Of a DNA stretch of 64,000 nucleotides, positions 45,772-54,564 are shown piece by piece. Position numbers and translations under genes: made by a program. The stretch covers positions 830-64,829 of the IMG/VR virus record IMGVR_UViG_3300008267_000148; one strand, given 5' to 3'. The first letter of the stretch is position 1. Each line of letters opens with the position of its first letter. The DNA is from a virus (Duplodnaviria > Caudoviricetes). Under the pieces are notes generated by a model. It saw only the letters and a program-made list of their open reading frames with translations, had not been told where the DNA came from and did not search any database.

Positions 45772-46572
45772 TTACATGTAATCGAATAGTATCGAACTAT
45801 CGTTCCGTAATTTTCGAAGAGCCTTTTCTTTAATCTGTCTGACTCTTTCTTTAGTTAGGTTAAAATCACCACCAATATCTTCCAATGTTCGAGGAGTTCC
45901 TGATAACCCAAAATAGTCTTCAATGATTACTCGTTCACGTTCATCCAAGTATTCTAAAAGATTCATCAACTTAGACTTCAACATATCTTTCGTGTTGAAA
46001 ATCTCGTCGGGCATTTCAGCATCAGGGTTTTGGATGATGTCAATTAATGTATCACCATCTTCATTGATGTGCATATCCAAATCAATCATCGATGGTAGGT
46101 TTTGGAACTTATCATCTAACACTCCGCCAGTGTTCTCAATTTCTTTCTTCGCTCTGTGTAAGTCTTGTACTACGTTAACGGGTAGTCGAATAGTCCTAGC
46201 ATTGTCGTTGAGTGACTGAAGAATGGATTGTTTAACCCACCACACCGCGTATGAGATAAAACGTAGGTCTTTTGACCAATCAAAGTTTTTAATTGCTTTC
46301 ATCAATCCAAGATTACCTTCAGCAATTAAGTCAGGAAAATCTAACCCTTGATTTTGATATTGTTTTGCAACTGTGATAACGAAACGTAAGTTACCCTCAA
46401 GGATTTCTTTATGTACCGCATCAATTTGTCTTTGTGTTAGGGTCCCCGACTTCATAAGTTCAGCTAACTCCTTTTCACGTTCAGGAGTCATAACTTTAAT
46501 TTTACGAATGTCTTTCAAGTAAACTTGAATCTCGTCTTGATTAATCGGAATACCAGCGTTTTTTTCTTTCAT
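45772..46572 (-). CDS. RNA polymerase sigma-70 family factor (RpoD/RpoS-like, lacking region 1.1)
   Basis: YLKDI, NLRFVITVAKQY, DLIAEGNLGL.KA, FISYAVWW, RTIRLP, TLEDIG..F.LTKERVRQIKEKAL. Confidence 0.93.
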   Translation of the reverse strand: MKEKNAGIPINQDEIQVYLKDIRKIKVMTPEREKELAELMKSGTLTQRQIDAVHKEILEGNLRFVITVAKQYQNQGLDFPDLIAEGNLGLMKAIKNFDWSKDLRFISYAVWWVKQSILQSLNDNARTIRLPVNVVQDLHRAKKEIENTGGVLDDKFQNLPSMIDLDMHINEDGDTLIDIIQNPDAEMPDEIFNTKDMLKSKLMNLLEYLDERERVIIEDYFGLSGTPRTLEDIGGDFNLTKERVRQIKEKALRKLRNDSSILFDYM

Positions 46573-46577
46573 ATATG

Positions 46578-47126
46578 TTAACAGGTTTTTGAATATGTTT
46601 CTAAAAATTTCTTCTCTTGCAAAGATAGTGAATTAATTCCACACTCACTAATTTTATCTAAGATTTCGTCAATCTCAATTTTTTTAGGTGAGTTTTTAAT
46701 CTTAACTATCTCATTATCAACATCATCCTCATCAGTGTACTCCTCTTTAAGGATGTACTGAATATTTTTAGGAATCTCGTCTTGATTCATATTTTGAGCC
46801 ATGGTTTCAAAACCTGACATATCTTCATCTTTTGAGATGTTAAATAGGTGTTTAAAGGTTTCTGAATTCATACCTACTGACATATTGTCAGTCTTATACG
46901 GTAATAGTAAATAAACAATTGTCTCAGAAAAAAATAAAATACCTAAGTATTCGTGTAGTTCCTGTATTGAATCGGTTGATTTAAAGGTGATAATTGCCGA
47001 ACTAGGTCCGTAATAATATTTGATGTCGTTAGAGTCGCTGACGATTGATACATCCTCAGCGATGCTCTTAACGAATCCATCTTGGTCTTTGTGTTCTGCG
47101 AAAACAAACAAAATATAATCTGTCAT
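46578..47126 (-). CDS. hypothetical protein with C-terminal DUF6576-like motif
   Basis: IDEILDKISECGINSLSLQEKKFL. Confidence 0.7.
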   Translation of the reverse strand: MTDYILFVFAEHKDQDGFVKSIAEDVSIVSDSNDIKYYYGPSSAIITFKSTDSIQELHEYLGILFFSETIVYLLLPYKTDNMSVGMNSETFKHLFNISKDEDMSGFETMAQNMNQDEIPKNIQYILKEEYTDEDDVDNEIVKIKNSPKKIEIDEILDKISECGINSLSLQEKKFLETYSKTC

Positions 47127-47146
47127 ATTTTTTTAAATTGATATTA

Positions 47147-47178
47147 CAAAGATAGTAATATTTTTTAAACTAACCAAA
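47147..47178 (-). promoter_or_regulatory. Bacteroidota sigma-A promoter TTTG-N20-TATCTTTG driving the sigma-factor operon
   Basis: exact consensus. Confidence 0.85.
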
Positions 47179-49548
47179 TTATTGTGAGACGTAACTAATA
47201 TTCTCTTCTTTTCTAATTTTAATAACGTTGTCCGCCCAGTTATTCACTAATGGGTTGTGTGTGATAACAAAAATCTTTTCAAAATATTCTTTAATTTTTG
47301 TAAAAAATTCGGATACCATTTCTAAGTTATCATTAGATATTTTGCCAAAGACCTCATCGAAAACGATAATGTTTGGTTTTGGTAAAGAACAAATTTTACT
47401 TAATACTGCTCTCAAAGCTAATGACGCAATAGTTCTTTCATAACCAGAACCTGATGACATTAATTTTTCAACTTGAGTATTATTATCAATCATTAAGAAC
47501 TCAACCTCATTTTTATCATTAATCCTAACTTCTAATCTAAAGTGAGAACTATCTTCAAGTAATCTTTGTAATTCACTATTGATTAATGGCATCATGGTTT
47601 TCATGATTAACTTTGAAACTCCGTTTTTACCATATATCTCTAAGAACACTTTGTAAATCTTTTCTTTTTCAGCCTCTTCAGCAATCTTAACAATATTTTT
47701 CTTATTGGTATCGATTTTTTCGGTTAAAGATTTAATCTGGTAAGTGTTGTTATCAATATTTCTTTGGGTCTGAGTTTTCTCTCTTTCAAGTTCTTCAAGT
47801 CGATTACCAGCCTTAATTAATAAAGCGTCTGTTTTATTGTTCTCAACAATTTTATCCTGAACCTCATTGTATCGGTCAAGTTTAACTTTCAAACCTTCAA
47901 TCTTAAGGTCGATACTCTCAATACTAACTTCATACTTTTCTTTGATAAGTTTGTTTTTTTCATACTCATCAAACTCTTTTTTAAGTTGTGTGAAACCTTG
48001 TTCTTTACTGATTAAATCCTTCATTAACCCCTCTTTTTGGGTTTTTTGCATGATTAATCCGTCAAGTTCAGCAATTTTGGCGTTAGTAATTGCTGCGTTC
48101 ATTAACTCAATACCACAGTGTTCACATTTGATTCCACCCTCAACTGAAGACTTTAACGTATTAATTGCGGATATTTCCGTATCAATACGTATCACTTCTT
48201 TAAGAAGGTTGTTAATTTCATCCTTAACCTCGTCGTGTTTGTCCTCATGATAGAATGAAGATGGTTCAACAACTTTAACTTCATTTAATTGTGAAACGAC
48301 CTTTCGTTTATCCAAATCCAACCCATTAATGTCTTCTTGAATTTTGGTTGGGGATAATAAACTAATTTCCTTATCGATATTATGCTTACCCTTCAGTAAG
48401 TTATCACGATAATCTTGACCTTTAACAATTTTTTCACCGGTTTCAATTAACGATTTTTTATATTCCTCAACACCATTGTTTAGTTCAACAATCTGACCTT
48501 CATATGTTTCAATGTCGGTTTTTAATTGTTCACTATTGTAGATGTTGGACATCATCGTTTTTGAAAATTCACTATAGATTTCTTTAGCGGCATCTTCCTT
48601 ACGTTTCAAGAAATCCAATCCCATGAAACGAGATAATACCTGACCACGAGCGGTTGGTTTTGAGTCAATTAAATCCTCAAGATTGGTTGCTGTAGTCAAA
48701 ATTGTCATTAAGAAGTCCTCTTTAGAACCGATAGATGTTTTGATGAAAGCTTCAGTTTCTCGTCTTTGTTCACCAGTGAAGTTTAACAAACTACCATCTG
48801 AAAGTTTTTTGAAGAAGTCTAATTCGGTTTTTACATTCCAATCACCACTTTTGGCCTTTTTACGTTCAATATTACGGACGATGATATATTCTTCACCATC
48901 AATAATAATCTCACCTTTAACCTTAACGTGGTTCTTATCAGTAAACCTGTTAAATACTTCTTCAGCTTTAGATGTTTTTGTCGTTTCATTAAAGAACAAA
49001 AACAATAAAAGGTCAACACTCAGAACCGTCTTACCACCAAAGTTAGGTGGGTTCGATTCAACAACACTAATACCATCACACTTCTCAAAATCAATCTTTT
49101 GGTTCTCACCATAAGAAAGGAAGTTTGAAAACTCGATGTTCTTAATAAACCATCTTTTAAATGGTGTTGCCTCAGTCTGAGATAAAACTAGTTTGTTATC
49201 CACAACAGAATTCAATTTGAGTATCTCATCCAAGTAATCCTCCTTACCTTTAGACTCCAAGTATGACTTAACCAAACCAATCTGATAGTTTTCATCCAAA
49301 ATATTGAATGAGATGTCTACATTGTGTGTGGTATCTTCACTCACTTTAGTCTTAGTGATAACATTTACATTTGTTGTCTGGTATTTCTTTTGGAAGTAGT
49401 GACGAACACTTTTAATCTTCTCTTGCGTAAAATTTTCCGCACTATCTTCCCATACCACTTGTACATATGGATTCTCGAACTTTGTAATATCCAAATCTTT
49501 TATCATTATTTTATAATTGTATTCTATTGGGGGATTAAACAAATCCAT
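47179..49548 (-). CDS. SbcC/Rad50/gp46-like recombination ATPase
   Basis: FSNFLSYG, NFGGKT Walker A variant, CEHC zinc hook, SGYE signature, FDEVFG, ITH. Confidence 0.9.
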   Translation of the reverse strand: MDLFNPPIEYNYKIMIKDLDITKFENPYVQVVWEDSAENFTQEKIKSVRHYFQKKYQTTNVNVITKTKVSEDTTHNVDISFNILDENYQIGLVKSYLESKGKEDYLDEILKLNSVVDNKLVLSQTEATPFKRWFIKNIEFSNFLSYGENQKIDFEKCDGISVVESNPPNFGGKTVLSVDLLLFLFFNETTKTSKAEEVFNRFTDKNHVKVKGEIIIDGEEYIIVRNIERKKAKSGDWNVKTELDFFKKLSDGSLLNFTGEQRRETEAFIKTSIGSKEDFLMTILTTATNLEDLIDSKPTARGQVLSRFMGLDFLKRKEDAAKEIYSEFSKTMMSNIYNSEQLKTDIETYEGQIVELNNGVEEYKKSLIETGEKIVKGQDYRDNLLKGKHNIDKEISLLSPTKIQEDINGLDLDKRKVVSQLNEVKVVEPSSFYHEDKHDEVKDEINNLLKEVIRIDTEISAINTLKSSVEGGIKCEHCGIELMNAAITNAKIAELDGLIMQKTQKEGLMKDLISKEQGFTQLKKEFDEYEKNKLIKEKYEVSIESIDLKIEGLKVKLDRYNEVQDKIVENNKTDALLIKAGNRLEELEREKTQTQRNIDNNTYQIKSLTEKIDTNKKNIVKIAEEAEKEKIYKVFLEIYGKNGVSKLIMKTMMPLINSELQRLLEDSSHFRLEVRINDKNEVEFLMIDNNTQVEKLMSSGSGYERTIASLALRAVLSKICSLPKPNIIVFDEVFGKISNDNLEMVSEFFTKIKEYFEKIFVITHNPLVNNWADNVIKIRKEENISYVSQ

Positions 49549-49760
49549 TAGAGTTTAATTTCTGCACCACTCTCAACTTCTGAAACTACTTCAAAAGGAA
49601 TTTCACCCGCATTTGAATTAATCTTCATTTTTTCTTGGAGCTCCTCCATTTGTTTGTTAAACATTTCTTGGTACACCTTCTGCATCTTTTTTTGTTCAGC
49701 ATTAATCTTTTGATTTCTTGCGGCAACTTTTTTTCTGTGTTCTTTTGCTTTTTTTCCCAT
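49548..49760 (-). CDS. small basic protein
   Basis: MGKKAKEHRKKVAARN. Confidence 0.7.
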   Translation of the reverse strand: MGKKAKEHRKKVAARNQKINAEQKKMQKVYQEMFNKQMEELQEKMKINSNAGEIPFEVVSEVESGAEIKL

Positions 49761-49761
49761 T

Positions 49762-49956
49762 TTATTTTTTTTTGTTTTGTTCTCTATAATCTATAATAAA
49801 TCCTATGGCAACAATCAAGTTCATACCAAAAGACATTATCAATTCGTGAATATCTTCATATACCGATGTCATTAAATGGACGTGTCCAACCATCCAAAAA
49901 GGTATTGAGAGGTTTTGACTAATCCATACAATAGTATACTTTAAGAAGTTTTTCAT
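49762..49956 (-). CDS. small membrane protein
   Basis: two hydrophobic segments. Confidence 0.65.
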   Translation of the reverse strand: MKNFLKYTIVWISQNLSIPFWMVGHVHLMTSVYEDIHELIMSFGMNLIVAIGFIIDYREQNKKK

Positions 49957-50294
49957 GACGGTCGATTTTCTTCAAACCATTCAACCATCGCATTAAACCC
50001 CCACACAAATCCTGACGCTAACATTCCGTCAAAAAACCAAGATATAATCGGTGAAGTTCCGATTAAAGTGGTTGATGGTGACATAAATGATAATGATAGG
50101 AAGAATCCTACCCATGTGCTAGTACACATCATACAACCTAATAATTCTGAAATGAATTGACCTAAGTCATTGAATGGTGCGTATTTATTTCCACCCCATC
50201 TTTTAAAGAAACCTCTTAATCCATTAAAAATGGAACCATAAACAAGAATGTTTGACATTCCGTAGGCGATTAATAACCAAATTAAAATATTCAT
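49953..50294 (-). CDS. membrane protein with CxxC (DUF1360-like)
   Basis: IF..LR...LLGCMMCTSTWVG. Confidence 0.7.
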   Translation of the reverse strand: MNILIWLLIAYGMSNILVYGSIFNGLRGFFKRWGGNKYAPFNDLGQFISELLGCMMCTSTWVGFFLSLSFMSPSTTLIGTSPIISWFFDGMLASGFVWGFNAMVEWFEENRPS

Positions 50295-50295
50295 G

Positions 50296-51075
50296 TTATA
50301 AATTTTGTTTTAAATTAGAACCTTTAAGGTAGATTGCCTCAACATTTTTGTTTTGAGTTTCAAGTTGTTGGATTTTACCTTCGAGTTCGTTTATTTTTGT
50401 GTTTTTTAATGATAGTTCTTTTCTAAGATTCTGTAAAGTTTCTTGTAACATATTTACCTTAGTATTTGTTACAAGAACATCAGATTTAGACTTAAGTTCA
50501 TCTAAAGTTTGTCTAAGTTCATCTAGTTCTTCAACCTTTTTAGACATTTCATTTTGGAAAATATTTTCCTTTTCGGTGGTTATAGTGGAAAATTCTTTCT
50601 TTAACAACTCAATTTCATCGTCTTTAGTGGAAAATTTTTGTCTAAGTTCATCTAGTAGTAAATCACTTTTAGACATTTCATTTTCCAACATTTGTATTTT
50701 TAACAACAGTTCATTTACCTGAGCATCATCGGTCACATAAACTTCTTTCTCAACTATTTTTTCAACGGGAACTTCTTTAATGACCTCAACTATTTTCTCA
50801 ACCTCTTTGATGATTTCAACAGGTACTTCCACCCGTTTTTCTAAAATTACCTCTTTTTCCACCCATTTTTCTTGAACCTCACCTATTTTTCTTGAATCTG
50901 ACTCGTTTTTTAAGTGGTTTTCACCTTCATTAAGTGTTTTTCCCAAAAGACCATACTTCTTAATGTCAAAACCTTGTTTAAAACAATCCTGAATGAACTT
51001 ATTGATGTCTGTAATACCATTGACCATACAGAAATCATAAATCTCCTTATTGTTTTTAATTTCGACTGAGTACAT
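50296..51075 (-). CDS. coiled-coil protein with VEVPVE/EKIVE repeats
   Basis: 259-aa ORF; repeat region then long heptad region. Confidence 0.75.
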   Translation of the reverse strand: MYSVEIKNNKEIYDFCMVNGITDINKFIQDCFKQGFDIKKYGLLGKTLNEGENHLKNESDSRKIGEVQEKWVEKEVILEKRVEVPVEIIKEVEKIVEVIKEVPVEKIVEKEVYVTDDAQVNELLLKIQMLENEMSKSDLLLDELRQKFSTKDDEIELLKKEFSTITTEKENIFQNEMSKKVEELDELRQTLDELKSKSDVLVTNTKVNMLQETLQNLRKELSLKNTKINELEGKIQQLETQNKNVEAIYLKGSNLKQNL

Positions 51076-51078
51076 TGG

Positions 51079-51858
51079 TTATGAGTTAGCTAGTTTTTCA
51101 GTTCCGTTTATAATATCATCAAATGTTTTAATCTTAAACGCTAAGAATGGTCTTGGGTTTTCTAAATCAACAAATTCGTATGTATCTTTATCAATATCGT
51201 AAATACCGAATCCGTGTTTTCTTATAGTCTCCCCATAATTTTGTTGGATTGTTGACCCAACCATGTAAGCCTTCTTTTTATTGGGAATATCAAATACTTG
51301 TCTCTTATGTATATCACCACATAATACCAAGTCAACACCGTCGAATTTAGATGAATCAAAACCGCTCTCAAATTTATATCCGATGTCAGTAGATAAACCA
51401 ATAACAGGTCCGTGAAAAAGACCAATCTTAACCCGATTTGTTTCAGGAATTTCTGGTGGTAAGTTGTGTTCCATGAGTGAGTAAACAACCCACTCAACGT
51501 TTGAGTCTTCGTAAGTACCTCTGTTCTTATAATAGACAATATTTTCATTCTGTAATGAATCAACGATTGGTGTTAACGCATCCAATCTCTGCGAATTATT
51601 TTCTAAAAAATCGTGGTTACCAATAATAACAATAGTCTTAGCAATCTTAGAACATTCAGTTAAAACCCATGACACCATTTCAATAAGCTCAGGTGTCATT
51701 TGATTTTTAGAATGAACTAAATCACCGGTAAAAACAATTCTATCGGGTGCAATATCACCCCATTGTTTAAACATATCTTGTAAAATTGACCTGTACAAAT
51801 CATGGTCTTTAAAAAGACGGATGTGTAAGTCTGAAAAGTGTACTAATTTTTTAATCAT
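51079..51858 (-). CDS. SbcD/Mre11/gp47-like metallophosphoesterase nuclease
   Basis: SDLH, GDLVH, GNHD, FHG, GDIHK, GS..QQNYGE. Confidence 0.9.
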   Translation of the reverse strand: MIKKLVHFSDLHIRLFKDHDLYRSILQDMFKQWGDIAPDRIVFTGDLVHSKNQMTPELIEMVSWVLTECSKIAKTIVIIGNHDFLENNSQRLDALTPIVDSLQNENIVYYKNRGTYEDSNVEWVVYSLMEHNLPPEIPETNRVKIGLFHGPVIGLSTDIGYKFESGFDSSKFDGVDLVLCGDIHKRQVFDIPNKKKAYMVGSTIQQNYGETIRKHGFGIYDIDKDTYEFVDLENPRPFLAFKIKTFDDIINGTEKLANS

Positions 51859-52150
51859 TTGGGTTTGTGTTGTTTCCGTAATAAGGCATTTGGTCAGGTC
51901 TATAAGTCCAATCAGGTGTCAAATCAGGTTTTACCGAAGGATAAAAAGGTGGCACCATTGGGTCGTCTGTTCTGATTATCGGATTAACAGGTACTGGAAC
52001 CGTGTATGGTCTAGCGATACCAAAATTATCATCCCCTTTAACAGTTTTTAATTTTTCTTGGATGGTTTCAATATCAACTTGAGTAATAGTTGTCCAATTT
52101 CTATTGGTCATAAAACCATCTAACCAATAATAAAACTCTTTGTAATTCAT
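51851..52150 (-). CDS. hypothetical protein (MNYKEFYYWLDGF..., start revised)
   Basis: ATG overlaps the upstream stop. Confidence 0.7.
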   Translation of the reverse strand: MNYKEFYYWLDGFMTNRNWTTITQVDIETIQEKLKTVKGDDNFGIARPYTVPVPVNPIIRTDDPMVPPFYPSVKPDLTPDWTYRPDQMPYYGNNTNPND

Positions 52151-52365
52151 TACTTGTCGAATAGTTTGAAGTCTTCGTTTACGTGACCACAACCCTCACA
52201 CATATATGTTGGGAATGGTACTAAAGTATCTTCAGGACTTCCTGTTAATAGTTTAGGTACTTTTTTAATCATGGTAACTTCTTTGAAGAAGGTACCCTTA
52301 CATTTCTCACACTCAACGGTTTCTTGTTGTTTAAGGTCAATTTTTGGTCTAATAATATCGTCCAT
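52150..52365 (-). CDS. zinc-ribbon protein
   Basis: CEKC ... CEGCGH. Confidence 0.75.
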   Translation of the reverse strand: MDDIIRPKIDLKQQETVECEKCKGTFFKEVTMIKKVPKLLTGSPEDTLVPFPTYMCEGCGHVNEDFKLFDK

Positions 52366-52386
52366 AGTTATTTTATTTGATAATAG

Positions 52387-52476
52387 TTATTTTATTTGAT
52401 AATTTATTTTAATTTTAGTGTTTTGGGTGTCCCATGTGGTATTGTAATACCATGCGAGTGTAATATAACTTTCCAT
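52387..52476 (-). CDS. possible 29-aa micro-protein MESYITLAWYY...
   Basis: ORF read by hand, fills the gap in the operon. Confidence 0.4.
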   Translation of the reverse strand: MESYITLAWYYNTTWDTQNTKIKINYQIK

Positions 52477-52492
52477 CTTAAAGTATAACAGA

Positions 52493-53356
52493 TTAAATTT
52501 TATTTGTCAAATAGTTTTCCATCTTCATGTCCATGACTGAAGTGATAACTTCTTTAGGAACTCTGAATTCTTCATAATCACCATTCTCTTTCAATAATAC
52601 CACAATACAACCTAATAGTTTAATATTTTCATACTTAGTACCTTCCAACATTTTAAGTATTAATTTACCGTATAATGGTAGTTGGACAAAGTAGTGCCCT
52701 AACGCATTGTCAGGTTGTTTTGTAAACGGGTACTTCATTGGTTTTGTAAAATGACTACTTTCAAAGTTCTTTGGTTTATTAGTTTTCCAATCTGTAATAA
52801 TTAAACCAACACTACCATCTTTACCAATTATCAACCAAACCTTGTCTGGTTGTCCTGTGTAACCAAGTTCAGGATGTCCCAACACTATCTCAGTATCAAG
52901 TAACACCGCACCACGTTCAATCATCATTTCAAGATAATCCTTACCAGCACTAATCATACTATCACTCTTTAGTATTTGAGTAAAATCACATTCAAAGATA
53001 GGTTCACGAACATTTTTATAATCACCAAATAATTTAATGGTTTCTTTTTCTAAATAGAAGTGAGTTCGACTACCCATATTGGTTGAGTAGGTTCCTGCCA
53101 TGGCCCACTCCTCTTTCAATTGTTCCGCTAATTCAATATCACCTTTAGCCTTTTTTAAAGCAATTTCGTCAGCGGGAAACTCAGTATAAAACTTTTTTAA
53201 AACTTTAGATACTGATGGAAAGTCATTCCTTAACTTACCATCTTTATCTTTCATAAAATAAATGTGGTCTTCTTCAATAAATGAAAGACCTAACTCTTCT
53301 CTTTTTTTGTCTAAAATATCTCGTATTTCAACAGCAACTTCTCTTAAATTCAACAT
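52493..53356 (-). CDS. PD-(D/E)XK exonuclease (Cas4/lambda-exo-like)
   Basis: H.Y, PSVS, GSRTH, E, GQPD, DWKT, QLPLY. Confidence 0.85.
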   Translation of the reverse strand: MLNLREVAVEIRDILDKKREELGLSFIEEDHIYFMKDKDGKLRNDFPSVSKVLKKFYTEFPADEIALKKAKGDIELAEQLKEEWAMAGTYSTNMGSRTHFYLEKETIKLFGDYKNVREPIFECDFTQILKSDSMISAGKDYLEMMIERGAVLLDTEIVLGHPELGYTGQPDKVWLIIGKDGSVGLIITDWKTNKPKNFESSHFTKPMKYPFTKQPDNALGHYFVQLPLYGKLILKMLEGTKYENIKLLGCIVVLLKENGDYEEFRVPKEVITSVMDMKMENYLTNKI

Positions 53357-53357
53357 A

Positions 53358-54260
53358 TTAATATTTCATCTTATAATAGTAATTGTCTATCTGACCTTTC
53401 AAGTCACAGACATCTTTATCGGGCGGTAATTTCAGGATTTTTAATCTCCCATACAAATCACCACCATTTAATTCATTATATAATTTCATTCCATCTTTAA
53501 ACGCATCTCCGTCTAACGCAATAGTTACAGTACCTTTAGATTTAAGATATAAACTATCAAACAATAGTGAACTCATGTGTTTACCTAACATTGGAATACT
53601 ATTAGGTAAAAAGAACCCGTCAAAGACACCCTCAACTAAAAATATATCTTCATCCCAATTTATCAGGTTCTCGTTGAAGATGATTTTGTCTTTCTCAGCT
53701 TCAGGGTTTTTATATTTTGCACGGGTATTTGGGTCCCAACTTCGAGCAATATAATAATTTAAATTACCATTCAAGTCATAAGATGGTACGACAATCCTAC
53801 CTTTATGAGAACCTTTATCACAAAAACCGATACCATATTTTTCAATCATCTCGTCAGTTATCCCTCGACTACTCAGATAATTATATGCTTGTCGTCTAAC
53901 AGGATATACGGGTGTTGAGTCTTTAAATAATGTGAAACTTTCAGGTAGTTTTAATTTTGGTTTTTTCTTTTCAACAGGTTTGTCATCTTCAGGTTGTAAA
54001 ACTTTATATATTTTTTTCTGTTTCCGATTACCAAAACTATCAAATAATTTTCCTAACGGACCTTTTGTGTTGTTTACATCGCCACAACTCCAACATTTAT
54101 AAACATGATGGTGGTAATTAACCTCTAAGTTTCCTTTATTCCTACCTTCATCGCATACGGGACAGTCAAAGGCGATTTGGCCTTTGGACTCATAGTGTTG
54201 TTTTTCGTCACCTAAGATTTCTCTCAGTAACTCAACTAATATTTCCGCATCATCAGACAT
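53358..54260 (-). CDS. DNA primase (zinc finger + TOPRIM, gp61-like)
   Basis: CPVC..CWSC, YL..RGI, RIVVP, KYKNP, VEGVFD, LDGDA, KD. Confidence 0.88.
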   Translation of the reverse strand: MSDDAEILVELLREILGDEKQHYESKGQIAFDCPVCDEGRNKGNLEVNYHHHVYKCWSCGDVNNTKGPLGKLFDSFGNRKQKKIYKVLQPEDDKPVEKKKPKLKLPESFTLFKDSTPVYPVRRQAYNYLSSRGITDEMIEKYGIGFCDKGSHKGRIVVPSYDLNGNLNYYIARSWDPNTRAKYKNPEAEKDKIIFNENLINWDEDIFLVEGVFDGFFLPNSIPMLGKHMSSLLFDSLYLKSKGTVTIALDGDAFKDGMKLYNELNGGDLYGRLKILKLPPDKDVCDLKGQIDNYYYKMKY

Positions 54261-54347
54261 CGTTTAAGTATAATAAATTTTATTCTGTTAATCAACCTTC
54301 ACAAGTTTTTGGGAACCATTATATTTATTAAGGTAAAGAAGTAGAAC

Positions 54348-54563
54348 ATGCCAATTGACATAACAATAAACAACATAACAGGAGCTTCACCATACGATGT
54401 GTATGTGTGTGACGACCCAGTAAGTACTTGTATCTATATTGATACGATTTCTTTATTACCTTATCAATTTGAGGTTCCTAATATTATGTCATCTAACACA
54501 GTTTTTAATTTAAAAATTGTGGATAATAATGGATGTTTAACTTACCAAACTTTGACCGTTTAA
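54348..54563 (+). CDS. small beta-rich late protein
   Basis: TATTTAT at 54322-54328; G.SPYDVY motif shared with the N-terminus of 60847..62121. Confidence 0.75.
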   Translation: MPIDITINNITGASPYDVYVCDDPVSTCIYIDTISLLPYQFEVPNIMSSNTVFNLKIVDNNGCLTYQTLTV

Positions 54564-54564
54564 A

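Noticed and set aside
52493-53356. Cas4-like nuclease as part of a CRISPR-Cas system
   Set aside because: No cas1/cas2 or array; located between primase and SbcD as in phage replication modules
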